Shown: positions 42,293 through 55,906, numbered from the stretch's first letter. The stretch is DNA of 64,000 nucleotides from Octopus vulgaris (GCA_951406725.2 OX597826.1:54746001-54810000), one strand, 5' to 3'. Notes: generated by a model from the sequence alone, not told the origin. Translations and numbers: made by a program.

Positions 42293-42897
42293 TGTTAAAA
42301 TGTATCTTTTTAATACTAATTATGAAGAACCATTTGGAGTAAGGGTCCACGCAGACGCATAATTATTGCCGAATGTGTTATTCTTAGGAAACCAAAATCC
42401 ATGTTGAGTACTTTGTCTCCCTTAAATGTAATTCACCAATTAACTATGATAGTATGGGTTCAACGACTTCATCGGCGTGGTCAGTACGATCATCATGGCC
42501 ATCATCGTCATCATCATCAACATGATCACCATCGTCATCATTATCATCATCATCATCGTCGTCATCATCATCATCATCGTCATTATCATGATCGTTACCA
42601 TCCTCATCATCTTCCGGCAGATTCATATCGAACCGCTATGAATGCTAGTCAGACAGGACATTTGTCACTTCACACCGCCTGATGAGAGATAGAGATCCCG
42701 AAGACTATTTTGCTATGAGATAAAACCAGGAATACCAGTTTTATGATATATGCTAGAGTTTAACCCTTCTCGACAGTATACTTGCTAATAATCGTAAATA
42801 TATAAACAATTCACAAATATTTGTTGAGCAGTTCCATTGAAAAATGCCACGCTTAGAAACGGTGCAGTGTACATGCACTGGAGTATGCATACAATAT

Positions 42898-43265
42898 ATT
42901 GTACGACGATGAGGGTTCCGGTTGATCCGATCAACGGAACAGCCTGCTCGTGAAATTAACGTGTAAGTGGCTGAGTACTCCACAGACACGTGCACCCTTA
43001 ACGTAGTTCTCGTGGTTATTCAGCGTGACACAGAGAGTGACAAGGCCGGCCCTTTGAAATACAGGTACAACAGAAACAGGAAGTAAGAGTGAGAGAAAGT
43101 TGTGATGAAAGAGTACAGCAGGGATCACCACCACCCCCTGCCGGAGCCTCGTGGAGCTTTTGGTGTTTTCGCTCAATAAACACTCACAACGCCTGGTCTG
43201 GGAATCGAAACCGCGATCCTACGACTGCGAGTCCGCTGCTCTAACCACTGGGCCATTGCGCCTCC
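42898..43265 (-). mobile_element. SINE family C (tRNA-derived), tail variant 1
   Basis: Minus strand ggaggcgcaatggcccagtggttagagcagcggactcgcagtcgtaggatcgcggtttcgattccc: clear A and B boxes followed by a non-tRNA body. Confidence 0.9.
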
Positions 43266-43374
43266 ACTGTAGACGGAGTATATAAATACATACATGCATG
43301 CATACGTACATGCATACATACATACATACATACATACATACATGCATACATACATACATACATACATACATACA

Positions 43375-43405
<31 letters not shown>

Positions 43406-43583
43406 GTGTGTGCTTGTGTGTGTTTAAATACTTTAATTTGCTGTTTATAATTTATGACTGCTTATTTAGATACGCGATGTTAAAATGTCCTTTCTGTTAA
43501 CTTGTACAATGATGCAGTCTGTCTAATACATCCACCCATCCATCCATCCATCCGTCTCTGTCTGTCTGTCTCTATATCTACCG

Positions 43584-43668
<85 letters not shown>

Positions 43669-43717
43669 ACTACTTATTTGGCTTCTCTCTGTCTCTCTCT
43701 CTATATATCTTTATCTA

Positions 43718-43811
<94 letters not shown>

Positions 43812-44314
43812 CATCTGTTAGCCAGTCAGTCAGTCTATCTAACGAAGTTCTTATCAGTATATATGTAGATCTCTACCAATATCTTCACACCCTATTACGC
43901 CTTACTTCTACACAGCACTAGAAGAATTCTTCAACTTCATAGTAGTAAGAATAGTCTTCCTTTGAACATTCTGTTGGTTTCCTTATCGTCTTTCAGTTTT
44001 CTCTTTCTGGCTTCCCAGCATTCCATATTTCTATTCTTCTTTCTTGCTTTCATTTGTATTTTTTTCTCTTTACATTTAGTCTTATTTGTTGTGTTTTGTT
44101 TTGTTCTTCTTTTCATTTCCATATATCAATAAATTAGCCAACGCACACACATAGAGACATATATACACAATCGCTCCAATGTCTGTATAACAACATACAT
44201 ACATGAATATACTTACGTACAGATACACAACCATGCAGATATATGTACACGCACCACGCTGTATATATCTTGTGTGTAATTAAATATATATACATACATA
44301 CATGCATGCATACA

Positions 44315-44349
<35 letters not shown>

Positions 44350-44451
44350 GTATGCATACGCACATACATACAAAGTCATGTATGTAGGTATACATGCACA
44401 AATTTATACAGACACACATACGTACATACATGCATGCTTATATACATACAT

Positions 44452-44510
<59 letters not shown>

Positions 44511-44663
44511 CACACATACGTACGTATATATATGCATGCATACATAAATACATGCATACATACATACATACATATATATATACACATACATATATATATA
44601 TGCACACATACGTACATATATACATATATATATATGTATACACATATATATACATAAATACAT

Positions 44664-44710
<47 letters not shown>

Positions 44711-44883
44711 CAGATATATATATATACATATGTTCATATGTACATATGTATAGATATATACAACTGTATATGTAAATATATATATATATATATATATACA
44801 TGCATACGTAGATACACATGTCTGTATGCATGCACACAAGTATGTACATATACGTATTATGTATATATGTATATATATATATG

Positions 44884-44932
<49 letters not shown>

Positions 44933-45054
44933 GTAATATATACACACATCTTATATATGTACATCATACATGTATATGTATGTGAGTAAGGCTTACATAT
45001 ATGTAATGTGTGTATTTACATATATGTATATATATGTATATATATGTATATTTG

Positions 45055-45095
<41 letters not shown>

Positions 45096-45429
45096 ATGTG
45101 TGTGTGTGTGTAAGTGCGTGTGTATGTATGTGTATGTATGTATGTGTACACACAAACACACATGTTTCGTATGTATGACAAAGGCTACATCACAGCCAGT
45201 GAAGGTTATCCAAGTCGTGTTTACTGCCAGTTGAATTCCATTTTCTCTTACGAATTTTCCCATTGATTCTAATTCAATTTCTGTATTATTCTGAACTCGG
45301 ATCAAACCGAATCGATAGATCGGTGTTAGGAGTGAGTGATAGTTCTTCTGATATGGCGGCTGTGTCAGAGTGGTGGTGGTGGGAGGTAGATACCAGCGGC
45401 GGCGGCTGGTGTGGCATTAAGCAAAGTGT

Positions 45430-45485
<56 letters not shown>

Positions 45486-45563
45486 TAGTGGGGAGACAAG
45501 ACGTCGCGATGGCTGATGTGTGTTATTCTAAGAGAGATGGAGAGAGGGGGAGAGATGGAGAGT

Positions 45564-45605
<42 letters not shown>

Positions 45606-45694
45606 CAGTGTGTGTGTGTGTGTTTGTGTGTGTTATGAGTATTTAATAGAGGGATATAAAAGAAAGGGTTTCACTATTAGGGAATCCGATATTG

Positions 45695-46229
45695 TTGACG
45701 GTGATGATAGTGATGATGATGATGATGATGAAGATGGTGACGATGATGATAATGACGATAATGATGATGATAGTGATGACGATAGTGATGATGTTGATGA
45801 TGATGACGATGATGTCCATGATGATCGTACTGACCACGCCGATGAAGTCGTTGATGATGATGATACTGTTGACAATGATGACGATGATGATGATGATGAG
45901 ACGGTGATGACGATGATGACGATTATGGCCATGAAGATGATGATGGGGATGCTGTTGATGACGAAGATGATGACGATTATGGCGAAGATGATGATGTCAA
46001 TGATGATGCTAATGATGATGCTGCTGATGATGATGATGATGATGGTGATGGCGATTATGGCGATGTTAATGATGATGATGATGATGATGATGACGATGAT
46101 GATGCTAATGATGATGCTAATGATGATGATGATGATGGTGATGGCGATTATGGCGATGTTAATGATGATGATGACGATGATGATGACGATGATGATGATG
46201 ACGATGATGATGACGATGATGATGATGAC

Positions 46230-46328
<99 letters not shown>

Positions 46329-46460
46329 AACGATGGCGGCCATGATGATGACAATGACGACACCGATGATGATAATGATGATGATGATGATGACAATAAA
46401 GATGACGTTGATAACGATCACAAGAACAACAACCATGCTGATGATTATGATGATGATATT
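45695..46460. repeat. Long imperfect (GAT)n tract with internal segmental repeats
   Basis: Directly visible; gatggtgatggcgattatggcgatgttaatgatg occurs twice. Confidence 0.95.
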
Positions 46461-46802
46461 AACTGTGCTGATGGCAGTTGTTGTGCTGTGCGATTTTTCG
46501 ATGTGATTATTGTATTATTTGCACTCTGCACCACCATTGCCATCCCCACAACCACAACCACAACCACAACCACCATGACCATACTCAGGGTCGTCACCAA
46601 CAATGATGACGACGACGCCATGATCCTCACCACCACCGCCCTAATAAGGACGAGCATAATGCGGAGTTGTTGTTTTTTATTTTTATTTTAATGATAGCTC
46701 GTTCTGTTAGAAATAACCAATTTTATTTTAATTACATCCTACCATGCGCATATTATAAAAGACGGAGATGAAAACGAAAAAGACCGGGTAGAAGTACATG
46801 TG

Positions 46803-46843
<41 letters not shown>

Positions 46844-46850
46844 GTATATA

Positions 46851-46885
<35 letters not shown>

Positions 46886-46888
<3 letters not shown>

Positions 46889-46984
46889 TCACGTGATCAC
46901 TTGACCGACCAGACCATCAGATGTTACACATCGCTGGTCACAATGCGCTTCGCATTGTTTTAGCCTTTGAATGACGCCACCCCG
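46886..46984 (-). mobile_element. SINE family C tail variant 2 fragment
   Basis: Reverse complement of 34555-34649. Confidence 0.8.
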
Positions 46985-47099
46985 TCATCTTTATTGTCAT
47001 CATCATCATTGTCATCATCGGTGTCGTCATTGTCATCATCATGGCCGCCATCGTTATGTAAGTGTATCTAAATATATAAATATATATGTATCCCTTTCG

Positions 47100-47130
<31 letters not shown>

Positions 47131-47132
47131 TC

Positions 47133-47187
<55 letters not shown>

Positions 47188-47205
47188 CTTCTTCTTCTAA
47201 GTAAG

Positions 47206-47242
<37 letters not shown>

Positions 47243-47243
<1 letters not shown>

Positions 47244-47643
47244 TTGTTTCAATTATTTAACTGTGGCCATGCTGAATCACTGTTTCAAATTGTTTCAGTC
47301 AAAGAAATCGACTGCAGGATTTATTTTTTGTAAGTCTAGTACATATTCTATCAGTCACTTCTGTTGAACCGCTAAGTTAACCGGGACATAAATGCACCAA
47401 TATCTGTTACCAAGCGATGGTGAGGCTACTAACACAGGCACACACATATAAATATATACATAAATATACATATCTAGGCGCAGGAGAGGCTGTGTGGTAA
47501 GAAGCTTGTTTCCCAACCACATGGTTCTGGGTTTCGTCCCACTGCGTGGCACCTCAGGCAAGCGGTCTTCCACTATACACTCGGGCCGACCAAAACCTTG
47601 TGAGTGGATTTGGTAGATAGAAACTGAAAAAAGCCCGTCGTAT
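47243..47643. mobile_element. SINE family B halves in opposite orientation (3' half minus ~47243-47445; 5' half plus ~47476-47643)
   Basis: Match the respective halves of 54289-54693. Confidence 0.8.
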
Positions 47644-47661
47644 ATATATACATATATATAT

Positions 47662-48199
47662 ATGCCTCCACTCATCTTCCCACGCAGCCTCAAAGCCCAC
47701 ACGGAGGCCTACATCAAGTTTCTGGAGAAGATAGTGCTGCCCTGCGTCATGAGGTGGTATGCTGGAAGATCCTGTGTCTGGCAACAGGACTCTTCACCAT
47801 GCCACGCAGGAGTAGCCAGTCATGGCTGTCAGACTATTTCTGCGACCACATCACCCCTAACGTCTGACCACCTAACTCCTCAGACTGCAACCCTCTTGAT
47901 TATTATGTGTGGGACGCATTTGAGTGAGCGACCAAAAACTCTCCTTGTAATACCAAAGATAAACTGCAGGCAAGTATTATGGCAACTTTCATCAACTTAT
48001 ATAAGTAGACGTCCAGAAGAGTTGCAGGAGATTCCGAATTCGCCTAGAGGTTGAATCCATTAGCGATTTTATTGAATAATTTTTCCTCTGTAGTTTTTAA
48101 AGATATCTTCATGTAATTTTGGTACAAATACTTGTTTAAATGAGATGTCAGTGTTATTTTCATTTATGCGTAATTTAGACGACAGTTTATTCACCACTC

Positions 48200-48205
<6 letters not shown>
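47662..48205 (+). mobile_element. Tc1/mariner-superfamily transposase 3' fragment (maT/DD37D-like)
   Basis: EAYIKFLEKIVLP..WQQDSSPCH then frameshifted *PPNSSDCNPLDYYVW, matching WPPNSPDLNPLDY.VW. Confidence 0.8.
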
Positions 48206-48257
<52 letters not shown>

Positions 48258-48264
48258 AAAAATA

Positions 48265-49335
48265 CATATAACATACAGGACATCACCAACGAGCGAAAAA
48301 TACGCAAACACACAACGAGAGCCAAGTATGGGACAAAATACGCCTAGAAACCTAACTTCTAAGTTGTTGACTGTTTATTATTACTTGTGTCGTGCTTTTA
48401 ACTACAAGACAGAACAACTTCTCAAGACAGCAGCATCCAGAAATTTTCAAAATATAAAATTTGTGGAGAGTTAGGGCTTCGAACAAACGACACCAGAGTG
48501 GACGTGCGGAAACGATCGGCAAAGACAGACATTTAGGGCTGTTACGCCAAGAGGAATTGTAATGAGTAACGCTTGGGAGAACTTTTGAAATGATATGGAA
48601 TAAAAAAAAAAGAGAAAAATACCAGAGAAAAAAGATATCGAGAGCCGAGAGAAATGCCGTCTGGCTAGCTGGACATCCCAAGGAACAAATGACAGAGAGC
48701 CTAGAAAAGTGGCCTGTAGTCACCTTTGAGCAACAGGCTGAGGAGAAAGGAGATAGGAGATAGGATGAGGGAAAGAAATAACGGAGAAGGGAGAAGGAAA
48801 GAAAAAGAGTGAAAGAAAGACAGGCGAGAGGCAACAAAGAAGTAGGAGGAGAAAAAAGAAATATAGAGTCGGAAAGATTATATATAAATGTAAAAATTGA
48901 CAAAGGCTGCGTGGCGTTCAATCATTAAATAATAATGAAAAATGCCTATAATGTACAAGACCTCACCAACGAGCGAAAAATACACAATGAAAGTACGGGA
49001 CAAAATAACAAAAGAGGTCTAACTTCTCATCAGTTGTCGACTGTGTATTACTACCTGTTTCGTGCTTTTAACGACAAGACAGAAAAACTTCATAAGACAA
49101 CAGACTCCAGAAATTTTTAAAATATCAAATCCGTGGAGAGTTAGCGCTTCGAACGACCAAACGACACCACAGTGGCCGTGAGGAAACGATCGGCGAAGAC
49201 AGACGTTTAGGGCCATTAGCTCAAGATGAATTGTAATGCGTAATGCGTAACACGTGGGAGAAATTTTGAAACGATATAGAATAAAGAGCAGAGAAAAACT
49301 GATATCGAGAGGCGGGAAAAATGACGTCCGGCTAC
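48265..49335 (+). repeat. Diverged ~400-bp direct repeat pair (~48265-48667 and ~48945-49335)
   Basis: Collinear blocks caccaacgagcgaaaaatac, tcgtgcttttaac, ccagaaatttt, gtggagagttag, ggaaacgatcggc, gatatcgagag in both. Confidence 0.85.
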
Positions 49336-49842
49336 ACACACACACACTCGCACGCGCGCGCACACACACTCGCACGCGCGCGCGCACACACACTCACACG
49401 ACCCCCCCCCCACAAACATACACAAGCGTTTTGTCAAATTCCTAACAGTTCGCTTTGCAGTCCTTAAAGAGTAATGTTTCAATCCCTCTTTCCAGCAGTA
49501 TGTGGTAACGTTATTTTTACCTTCACTTAGCTAGCCGTCTCCATAGACGTCCCCACACACATGCAAACACACACACACACGCACACACACATACGCACAT
49601 ACACGCACTCATGCACAATCACGCGCATGCACACACACACACACTCAACATACTCTATTCAGAACATGATAATATTTCTTTATTCATAATTTTATTTTTT
49701 CCGCCTATAGGGACGTCTGAATATAGAATATTTTTCAGTCTCGATTTTTAAAAATCATGCATTTTGCACTTTTGTAGAATCTGACATTAAATATTGACAG
49801 TTCCAGACAGACAGATTTAAAAAGATTAAAATCTCCAGTGAA

Positions 49843-49882
49843 ATGGCCGAGACAGAAATTGGTGAAAGAAAATACGACATTG
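49843..49882 (+). CDS. Candidate first coding exon (MAETEIGERKYDI, phase 1)
   Basis: gaaATGG start context, G|gtaaaa donor, upstream acceptor tatttttcag near 49738; phase-compatible with 52792-52889. Confidence 0.2.
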
Positions 49883-49949
49883 GTAAAAATGTCTTTAATG
49901 AGTTCTTCAAAACATTGCAGGAATAAATTACACAATATCTTTGTTCAAT

Positions 49950-50201
49950 CTTTCTTTCTCTGTCTCTTTTTTCTTCCTTTCTTTTTTCCTTTTTTCTTTC
50001 GTTTCTTTTCTTTTCTTTCCGTATTTCTTTCTTTCTTTCTTTCTTTCTTTCTTTATTTCTTTCTTTCTTTCTTTCTTTCTTTCCGTATTTCTTTCTTTCT
50101 TTCTTTCTTTCTTTAGTTCTCTCTTTCTTTCTGTCTTTCTTTCTTTCCGTCTTTCGTTCTTTCTTTCCGTCTTTCTTTCACTCTTTCTTTCCGTCTTTCC
50201 T

Positions 50202-50261
<60 letters not shown>

Positions 50262-50449
50262 TCGTTCTTTCTTTCTTTCCTTCCTTCCTTCCTTCCTTCC
50301 TTCTTACTTACTTTCTTTCTCTCTTTCTTTCTGTCTTTCTCTCTCTCTTTCTTTCTTTCTTTCTCTCTTTCCGTATTTCTTTCTTTCTTTCCGTCTTTCT
50401 TTCTCTCTTTCTTTCCGTCTTTCTTTCTCTCTTTCTTTCCGTCTTTCCT

Positions 50450-50499
<50 letters not shown>

Positions 50500-50600
50500 T
50501 GTCTTTCTTTCTTTCTTTATTTCTTTCCTTCTTACTTTCTTTCTCTCTTTCTTTCTGTCTTTCTTTCTTTCCGTCTTCTTTCTTTCTTTCCTCCCCCTTC
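49950..50600. repeat. (CTTT)n-type polypyrimidine microsatellite
   Basis: Directly visible. Confidence 0.95.
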
Positions 50601-50689
50601 TCCTCCTTATCATCATCCTCATTCCCCTCCACCACCACCTCCTCCTGTCTGCTGTTTCGTTGCGATCGTCGTATTTTTTCATTGTTGTT

Positions 50690-51125
50690 CTTCTTTTCTT
50701 TCTTTTCCTTCCTCTCTTTTATCCTCCCCTCTTCTTTTCTTTCCTTGTTCTCTTCTTTCTTTTCCTTCCTCTCTTTTATCCTCCCCTCTTCTTTTCTTTC
50801 CTTGTTCTCTTCTTTCTTTTCCTCCCCCTCTTTTATCCTCCCCTCTTCTTTTCTTTCCTTGTTCTCTTCTTTCTTTTCCTTCCCCTCTTTTATCCTCCCC
50901 TCTTCTTTTCTTTCCTTGTTCTCTTCTTTCTTATCCTTCCCCTCTTTTATCCACCCCTCTTCTTTTCTGTCCTTGTTCTCTTCTTTCTTTTCCTTCCCCT
51001 CTTTTATCCTCCCCTCTTCTTTTCTTTCCTTGTTCTCTTCTTTCTTTTCCTTCCCCTCTTTTATCCTCCCCTCTTCTTTTCTTTCCTTGTTCTCTTCTTT
51101 CTTTTCCTTCCCCTCCTTTATCCTC
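50690..51125. repeat. 57-bp minisatellite, about 7.5 copies
   Basis: atcctcccct recurs at 50721 and 50778 and onward; appears as a 19-aa repeat in the ORF track. Confidence 0.92.
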
Positions 51126-51277
51126 TTCACTTCCTCTCAACTTCCTCTTTGATTTTTTCTTTTATTTTTCTACACATCTACGTCATTCATGTTGTTGCTG
51201 CTATTGTCGTTTATCTTGGTTATTTCTTTCAAATTCTTCTCAACTTTGTCATGCACCTCTCTCTCTCTCACTCTCTC

Positions 51278-51735
51278 TCCCTCCCTCTTTCTACTCCTTC
51301 CTCTTTCTCTCTCCTTCCTTCTCCCTCTTTCTCGCCAACCTTCCACCTTCCCATTCACCCCTCTCCCTCCCTCTTTCTACTCCTTCCTCTTTCTCTCTCC
51401 TTCCTTCTCCCTCTTTCTCGCCAACCTTCCACCTTCCCATTCACCCCTCCCCCATCCCTCCCTCTTTCTACTCCTTCCTCTTTCTCTCCCCTTCCTTCTC
51501 ACTCTTTCTCGCCAACCTTCCACCTCCCCATTCGCCCCTCTCCCCTCCCTCTTTCTACTCCTTCCTCTTTCTCTCTCCTTCCTTCTCCCTCTTTCTCGCC
51601 AACCTTCCACCTTCCCATTCACCCCTCCCCCATCCCTCCCTCTTTCTACTCCTTCCTCTTTCTCTCTCCTTCCTTCTCCCTCTTTCTCGCCAACCTTCCA
51701 CCTTCCCCTTCACCCCTCCCCCCCTCCCTCCCCCT
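51278..51735. repeat. 86-91-bp minisatellite, 5 copies
   Basis: ctactcc at 51291, 51377, 51468, 51555, 51646. Confidence 0.92.
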
Positions 51736-52061
51736 CACGCACTCAAACACAATCCCTCATTCACATAATCGATAACCACAGTCACTTTATATTTATAAGC
51801 CGTTCTTTATTGCCGTTCATTCCTTTGTTCTTATCCTTTACCCCTCACTCTATCTCTTCCTCTCGCGTTTACACATTCTGTCGATCACGAACATACACAC
51901 CGCTATCACATACACACACTTACTACACTACAAATGCAAACACACATACGCACTCACAAATAGACTTACGCGGTGAATTCCAGAACTTTTGAGACTTTTT
52001 GTAGGAGACCCAGTTATAATCGTCCTAGAATCACGTAATGCCATTACTATACAACTAATAA

Positions 52062-52442
52062 GACGGCGAGCTTCCAGAATGGTTAGGCACGCCGGGCGAA
52101 ATGCTTTACGTTCTGAGTTCAAATTCGGCCGAGGTCGACATTGCCTTTCATCCTTTCGGGGACGATTAAATAAGTACCAGTTACGTACTGGGGTCGATCT
52201 AATCGACTTAATCCCTTTGTCTGTCCTTGTTTGTCCTCTCTGTGTTTAGCCACTTGTGGGTAGTAAAGAAATAGGTATTTCGTCTGCCGCTACGTTCTGA
52301 GTTCAAATTCCGCCGAGGTCGACTTTGTCTTTCATCCTTTCGGGGTCGATAAATTAAGTACCAGTTGCGTACTGGTGTCGATCTAATCGACTAGCTCTCT
52401 CCCACCAAATTTCAGGCCTTGTACCTAGAGTAGAAAGGATAA
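52062..52442 (+). mobile_element. SINE family A, dimeric copy ending in tail 2 and an (ATT)n run
   Basis: Junction aaagaaata|ggtatttcgtctg near 52273; second unit ends aatttcaggccttgtacctagagtagaaaggataattatt. Confidence 0.9.
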
Positions 52443-52571
52443 TTATTATTATTATTATTATTGTTGTTGTTGTTGTTGTTGTTGTTATTGTTATTGTTAT
52501 TGTTATTATTATTATTATTAATATTATTGTTATTATTATTATTATTAATATTATTGTTATTATTATTATTG

Positions 52572-52693
<122 letters not shown>

Positions 52694-52791
52694 GTGTGAG
52701 AGAACAGTGCATGTCATCAAAGGACGGTTGAAGTAGAAAAGTCAACGGTAGTCCAACAGATGGCAGTGTGAGATCGCTAGTTTCTGCTTAG

Positions 52792-52889
52792 ACACCTCTC
52801 CAAGAGACGAAACTTCTGAAACAATGTCTGCCGCATTGCGAAGCCGTAGGTCTTGCACTTGCTTGTTCCTGGATTACTTGGTTTTGCAG
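52792..52889 (+). CDS. Candidate 98-nt exon
   Basis: tttctgcttag acceptor, strong CAG|GTAAGA donor, two open frames, non-repetitive GC-balanced sequence. Confidence 0.3.
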
Positions 52890-54029
52890 GTAAGAGTCTT
52901 TGAAGTGTTGTTAACGCTGTCGTTTGAGTTCAGGTTTCAGTACGGGCGTTGCTAATTGCCATTGTTTGTACATATATTTGTATGTATGTATGTATGTATG
53001 TATGTATGTATGTATGTATGTATGTATGTATGTACGTACGTTCCTCGTTCCGCATGCAACGCCTCCCGCAAGGACAAACAAAAATAACTGACCGTGATGT
53101 ATTTCTTCCTTGAGAGGTTATGTGGAGAGGTTATGTATCTTCGGCCATTTGTGTCTGACGGCTCACCTATACGACTAAGCGCTTTGGAGGTGCGAAACTA
53201 ATGATCATTCTATGACGGACTATAACAACTAATTTCTTATATGTGTGTGTGTATGTGTGTGTGTAGATAGATAGATAAATAGATAGATAGAAAAGATAGA
53301 TAGATAGATAGATAGATATGTGTTTTATTTGTGCTTGTGTGGAAATCGGTGACTGTGCAGGTGCGCATGTGCATAAGAAGGCATGAATGTACACGTACGT
53401 AACTCATGGGTAACAAGTGTAGACCGTAACGTGTTGACTTTTTCTCCCAGTTGTTTTCTCTCTTGCTTATCCTCTCTGTCTCTCTATTTGTTTGTCTCTG
53501 TCTGTCTGTCTGTCTGTCTGTCTCTGTTGCGTTTTCAAACAAGCAGAGGTCGTACATACATGCACATACTCGCACACATACAAATACAGTCACACTCACT
53601 GATACATGCGTACATTGTACTAACTACATTACACACCAGAAATGGCTATTAATGGAAATGAATGCGTAGACTCACAGCTAGCGCCCTCAGTCCCTGGTTC
53701 CCTTGAGGAGCCATAAGGCATCGAACGTGGCACAGCAAGGACAGAAGCAGACATATATAGAAAGCAACAGGATTAACTGGATTATCTCTCACGTATGGTA
53801 TTATGGGAAGTAATACTTAGAATGGCGTAAAGATTTAACGACTCATGGGAAATCTAATATATCTAGTTGGAGGGAAAGGGAGAGAAAAAGAGACATAGAT
53901 AGAGAGGGAAAAATGGGAAGAAGTAAATAGAAAGAAAGGAGATGGTCATAGAGCAAGAGAAAGGGGAAATGGTGAAAACAGGGAAACGGCGAGATAACAT
54001 TTGGAAATGGGGTTAGAGAGTGAGATAGG

Positions 54030-54065
<36 letters not shown>

Positions 54066-54288
54066 ATAAGAGAGATGGGGAGAAATTGACAAGGAGCGGG
54101 AGTTAGGGAAGAAAGTTGGAAAGAGAGAGGAGTGATGGACAAAAAGACAGGTAGAGACAGAGTAATACGGAGAGTGAGTAGGAGGGATGAAGTGAGTGTA
54201 AGAATTGGAGATGGGGTAGAGATAGGCAGGGATGGAGAAAGAATGGGGAAGAGAGAAAGAGAGAGTGGACAAGAAAGAGAAAGAGAAA

Positions 54289-54693
54289 TAGTGGGGCTGT
54301 GTGGTAAGTAGCTTGCTAACCAACCACATGGTTCCAGGTTCAGTCCCACTGTGTGGCATCTTGGGCAAGTGTCTTCTGCTATAGTCCCGGGCCGACCAAT
54401 GCCTTGTGAGTGGATTTGGTAGACGGAAACTGAAAGAAGCCTGTCGTATATATGTATATATTTATATATGTGTGTGTGTGTTTGTGTGTCTGTGTTTGTC
54501 CCCCTAGCATTGCTTGACAACCGATGCTGGTGTGTTTACGTCCCCGTCACTTAGCGGTTCGGCAAAAGAGACCGATAGAATAAGTACTGGGCTTATAAAG
54601 AATAAGTCCTGGGGTCGATTTGCTCGACTAAAGGTGGTGCTCCAGCATGGCCACAGTCAAATGACTAAAACAAGTAAAAGAGAGTAAAAGAGA
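54289..54693 (+). mobile_element. SINE family B (tRNA-derived), full length
   Basis: A-box-like ggctgtgtggtaag, B-box-like ggttcagtccc, internal (TA)/(TG) spacer, tail ending aaacaagtaaaagag repeated; many partial copies in the window. Confidence 0.88.
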
Positions 54694-54770
54694 GACTTGA
54701 TAATTGAAAGAGGGACATCAACTGGTAGAGACTGTGATTGAGATGTTTAGATAGATTGACAAAGATAAAC

Positions 54771-54815
<45 letters not shown>

Positions 54816-54858
54816 CAGATAAGACACACAGACAGAAAGAAAGCAAATAGATAGATAG

Positions 54859-54893
<35 letters not shown>

Positions 54894-54897
54894 TGGA

Positions 54898-54929
<32 letters not shown>

Positions 54930-54956
54930 AAGAAAGCAAATAGATAGACAAATATA

Positions 54957-55015
<59 letters not shown>

Positions 55016-55025
55016 AGATATAGAT

Positions 55026-55090
<65 letters not shown>

Positions 55091-55199
55091 CAGAGAGAAA
55101 GTAAGAGAGAGAGACAAGACAGACAGGCAGACGGACAGATAGATAGATAAATAGACAGAGAAACACAGAGACAGACACAAAGAAAGCAAATAGATAGAT

Positions 55200-55242
<43 letters not shown>

Positions 55243-55398
55243 AATAGAAAGAGTGAAAGGGATATACAGAGATCGATAGATAGAGATATAGTGAGAGCCA
55301 GATACGTAAAAATGGAGTGAAAACATAATTGCGAGTGAGAGAAGGCATATTGGAGATGAGATCAAGAGAGGGAGAAAAAAATGAGTTTCAAAGAGAAA

Positions 55399-55440
<42 letters not shown>

Positions 55441-55550
55441 GGAGAGAGAGAGATATAGACTAGAGAGAATCATTAAAAAGCGTGAGAAAGAGAGAGGGTG
55501 TGGGGAAGGCAAGATATAGTGAAAGGGAGCAAACGGAATCATCAGGATAC

Positions 55551-55594
<44 letters not shown>

Positions 55595-55831
55595 TGCTGG
55601 AGTTTTGGCCAAAATATGTTAAGCGCCAAGTATCATTTTCTCTTATTTACGTTGTCCGCTAAATAGATTATGGATTACCTCTAATCTCTTTTGAGTTCTA
55701 TGGAAATAGTTGGGTGGAATAATTGGGGTAGAAAAGGACGTAGAAGTTGTGATGAAGGGAAGGTTGGTAGTGCACGTGTGTAAGTGCGTGTGTATAGGAT
55801 GGTAGTGCTGGGGAAAATATATTTGCTTAGG

Positions 55832-55906
<75 letters not shown>

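Noticed and set aside
43190-43265. tRNA gene
   Set aside because: A and B boxes present but no acceptor stem closure or terminator; continues into a multi-copy SINE body.
45562-46506. 314-aa Asp/Met-rich ORF
   Set aside because: Translation of (GA)n, (GT)n and (GAT)n microsatellites.
50690-51735. CRISPR-like array
   Set aside because: Tandem units without unique spacers, eukaryotic context, no cas genes.
49928-51775. 370-400-aa Lys/Glu/Arg-rich or Phe/Ser/Leu-rich ORFs
   Set aside because: Purine/pyrimidine satellites lack stop codons by composition.
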